A stretch of 62,208 nucleotides of DNA, filler included, from Asterionella formosa (lineage: Eukaryota), in NCBI GenBank assembly GCA_002256025.1. It is 16 parts of 16 records of this genome, joined end to end, with 100 filler letters (N's around TTAATTAATTAA, not from the genome) between each part and the next. Parts side by side here need not be neighbours in the genome. Positions count along the whole stretch, not along the records: positions 58,435 to 62,208 come from NKIB01013911.1; 15 more parts are not named here. One strand, given 5' to 3'. The notes under the pieces are model-generated. The model saw only the letters and a list, made by a program, of their open reading frames with translations. It was not told where the DNA came from and made no database searches. The translations under genes were made by a program, and so were the position numbers. Positions 59,316 to 62,208 of the stretch are shown here, one piece after another. Positions within the stretch are counted from its first letter, which is position 1; every line of letters begins with the position of its first letter.

Positions 59316-60259
59316 TTATTTGGATGGTGGAGTAAGGTCCACATCTTCCGATTCTTCATAAAAGTAGTCTGAAGGAATGGGGATCACATACCGACTGGGC
59401 ACGCGTCGATGAGGAGTTTTCCCAGTTTCATCTTCATCATCTTCAAACTTGACAACACATTCTGGAATCATGGGAACTGTCCCACTGAGCTTCCATACCG
59501 GCGACTTGGCAACCTTGGCTCTATAAAATGACGTTGTCTCGGGGAAGATAGCCATACAGTCGGTTCCTTTTTGAAACACCCCCTCCTCCCCTGTTGACAA
59601 CCTCATGACATGAGACCACGGCAATCGAATAAGTTTGGATGTGTCATCTTCATCTTGCACATCGTATGTTTCAGTGTCAGCATAGAACCGTTGCACCGAT
59701 GCCAGAATCCATGATCCATTCTCGTCTGTTCGAGTCACCTTGGCCGCCACTTGCTCGCCTGGCCGAGCGGCCCATTTACTACGAGAACGTTTCTTGACTG
59801 CAATAGGAGGAGCCCGCCCATCAAAGAAAGAAGTATCACGAGCATACTCGTTGCTGCCTTCCAACTTGGCCAAGAATCCTCCAATGCAGGCTTCTTCGTC
59901 GATTTCCATGGCTTCAAAGTGACGAGCCACGCCCACGGCCAATTCAGATGGTGGAGCTTCGGATCGAACATTGACGCCTGCCAATATAAAATAGATAGTT
60001 AGTATTATAGAATTAGTTAGAGGACATAGGTAGTGTTGGCAAATACTAGGTTAGTTCATTGGAGATGCATACCACTCTAATGATGGAAGGCTTCTTACCA
60101 TGATGATCAATGTAGGAAAACAGAGTCGATCCCGAGAGCTTTCGGAAATCCAATCCAACACCGCGAGGATAGGATCTCGAGTGTGAGCTCTTATTGTTCA
60201 ATGCCGATTGGCGACGCTGTTGTTTGGAGAGTACAGCGGCTGATCCTACTGCTGCTGGT

Positions 60260-60306
<47 letters not shown>

Positions 60307-60321
60307 CTGCTGCTGAGACAT
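59316..60321 (-). CDS. SGF29: SGF29-like tandem Tudor protein with N-terminal polyQ and SAP30 Sin3-binding-like domain, 2 exons
   Basis: Exon 1 60321-60099, intron 60098-59978 (GTAAGA...GGCAG, phase 1; joins IDHH-G-VNVRS), exon 2 59977-59316. Tudors: GEQVAAKV....WILASV......YDVQDED; MAIFPETTSFYRAKV...VKFEDDE...RVP.RYV. Confidence 0.85.
60259..60315 (-). repeat. (CAG/CAA)19 polyglutamine microsatellite
   Basis: In-frame Q run directly after Met-Ser. Confidence 0.9.
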
Positions 60322-60954
60322 TGTGTATGTGTGCGTTTGTGTAGTAATGAGAGAGGTGTGTGCGTTGCGATAAGTGAAGGGTGGGCCTTTCGTATTATCA
60401 TTTGTCGTGCGATGGTATGAAATGAAAAACAAATTGAATTTATTTTATACCGGTGCTGATGTACACGTTTTTGATCCTTGGTGAGCCCGAGTCACAAGGA
60501 TTGTGGACTCGATTGTAATCGAACGAGTCGAATATTACATTGCCACATGCTTTCTTTGGAATTGTCAAGTGGAAGCTCGAAGATAGTCTTAAAACGACTT
60601 TGTGGGAAACAAAGATGCATGGAAAGGAAACATTTAGTTTAGCTTATGATTTAATTTGAGTTCATATTATCAACCGAGGAGGAAACAGTGTGTTAATTGA
60701 TAGGAAGGCCAATTAGTCTATCTAGCAGGAAGGCTAGAAGCAGATATGAGAGAGACAGTAAGTGGTACTAGGTAGTACTACGAGCACGTAAGAGTCTACG
60801 TGAAGAGAGACCCAGCCTGCAGAAAGGAGTATGGATCATTTCAACATACTTAGAGAGGAGATTGTTGTTAATGATTTCTTATAGAAAACTTAATAATGTA
60901 CCGGTAATTTTATTACCTTATTAGCATGTGTTTAATGGTATTTTGCTGGGGGCG

Positions 60955-60956
<2 letters not shown>

Positions 60957-61042
<86 letters not shown>
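60957..61042 (+). repeat. Poly-G homopolymer (86 nt)
   Basis: Uninterrupted G run. Confidence 0.9.
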
Positions 61043-62208
61043 CGTGGTTATATGTTGAAAGGGCGCAACACTGCATGTAAACCCTCATCATTGCTTGCTC
61101 CGGCTTCACCATAGCCATGAAAAGGTCTTTCATAACTAGACGGGTAAAGCTGTTAATTGTCTTGTGCAAAAAGAATCTTCATGGGGAAACATAAATCTAC
61201 TGATTGGTATTTGTTTTATAGAAAGAGCAGTTGCATTCACAAGCTTGACCTCTGCCAGTACTAGCTAGTAGGTGTCTCAAATACTTTGTCAATGCTGAAC
61301 CATCTAATCCGAATGACACTAACACTCTTGCACTGTTATTTTCAGGCAGTCAATGTTCAATTAATCCATATTATACCATGAGGTGTCAGATGAACAACTC
61401 AAAGCAAGGCAAAGTGGTAAGTCGGTCCTGATCATAAGGGCGCATCATTGTGTGTGGCTGATAATGCAAATATTGATGATGGCACTGCTGATTTGTTCTT
61501 CTCTGCCATGTAGCTCTGGAAAAGCAGATAGGAAGGCCAAATTGGAATATGACAGAATCTCATGGCACTTAATTTCCCACTTTCCCAGCTATGTATCAGT
61601 ATAGAATGTTTAAAAGGAATGTATCAACCGCCTTGGAAAAACAGCAAGCAAAAGGTCTTGACGTATGTGCTCGACTTAACAATTATGTGTTACTACAGAG
61701 GACAAAATTTGAAATAGATATTTCAGGATCAACTGAAAGCAATTATACAGCACCAGAATTCAGCAGAAATCAACCCAGTCTCTTATTCTCCTCTTCTTTG
61801 GGGATATTTGCCAACTGTTGAGAGGTGATACTAGGATACGATTCCTGGCAGTTCTGTCATTTGAGATACTATTGTACTAGTAGTAGGATGAGGGTTCAAA
61901 ATAAATTGTATCTTGCTTAGTTAAAGGGCTTAATTCTACGCTTCAAGGAATTAGTGCAACATTAGCTTAAGATTCTTCTATCAGCTCTTCACAATGTGAT
62001 TCTTCAACCTCAAACCTCAATATTAACTGGATTATGTCCAAAATTCATCCTAATGAATTGTTTGCCATTCCTCTCTGTTGTTTCAATTTCATGCTGGTGG
62101 CATGATGAATGGTGGCCAAGTTCTCCAAGCAATTTTTCGTTCTCTTCTACTCTGACATGGAAATTCTCATGTAATAATAATGAGTTCAGCCACATCAGTA
62201 ATATGATA

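Noticed and set aside
60921..61169. Poly-Pro and poly-Gly ORFs
   Set aside because: Products of the poly-G homopolymer.
1..62208. tRNA, rRNA, CRISPR arrays and prokaryotic operons or defence systems
   Set aside because: None recognised by eye. The DNA is eukaryotic with spliceosomal introns; tRNAscan-SE/Infernal would be needed to exclude small RNAs formally.

Overview
Eukaryotic (diatom-like stramenopile) nuclear DNA. It is not one locus: 16 unrelated contigs of about 3.8 kb, ordered by decreasing length (3816 down to 3774 bp), are joined by 15 identical 100-bp artificial spacers (44 N + TTAATTAATTAA + 44 N). There is also one true scaffold gap at 9256-9722. Gene neighbourhoods across spacers therefore mean nothing. 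Host genes, several with short GT-AG introns: CHRD-domain C-terminus, TM-LRR protein, DUF1517/FLAP1-like, RFC4, TIC21/PIC1-like, trypsin protease with a Thr/Pro repeat tail, plastid-targeted SecE-like protein, RING-TPR protein, HPAT-like glycosyltransferase, pyroglutamyl peptidase I, a diatom-type Cys/His domain protein, mitochondrial bL12, EF-hand protein, monomeric IDH, Hikeshi, and a SAP30-Sin3-binding/SGF29-Tudor fusion. Mobile DNA is abundant and mostly decayed: four Ty1/Copia (CoDi-like) pieces including a nested pair, a DIRS/Ngaro-like RT fragment, PIF/Harbinger, piggyBac-like, Mutator-like and IS630-Tc1-like transposase remnants, and several MITE families. The most interesting leads are the SAP30-SGF29 fusion, the SecE-like protein, a ~90-bp MITE family tied to palindromic TACCWGGTA tracts, a mosaic LRR-ARM-ankyrin locus and TTAGGG tracts inside a Copia ORF. 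All family assignments come from motif recognition by eye; no database search was run.
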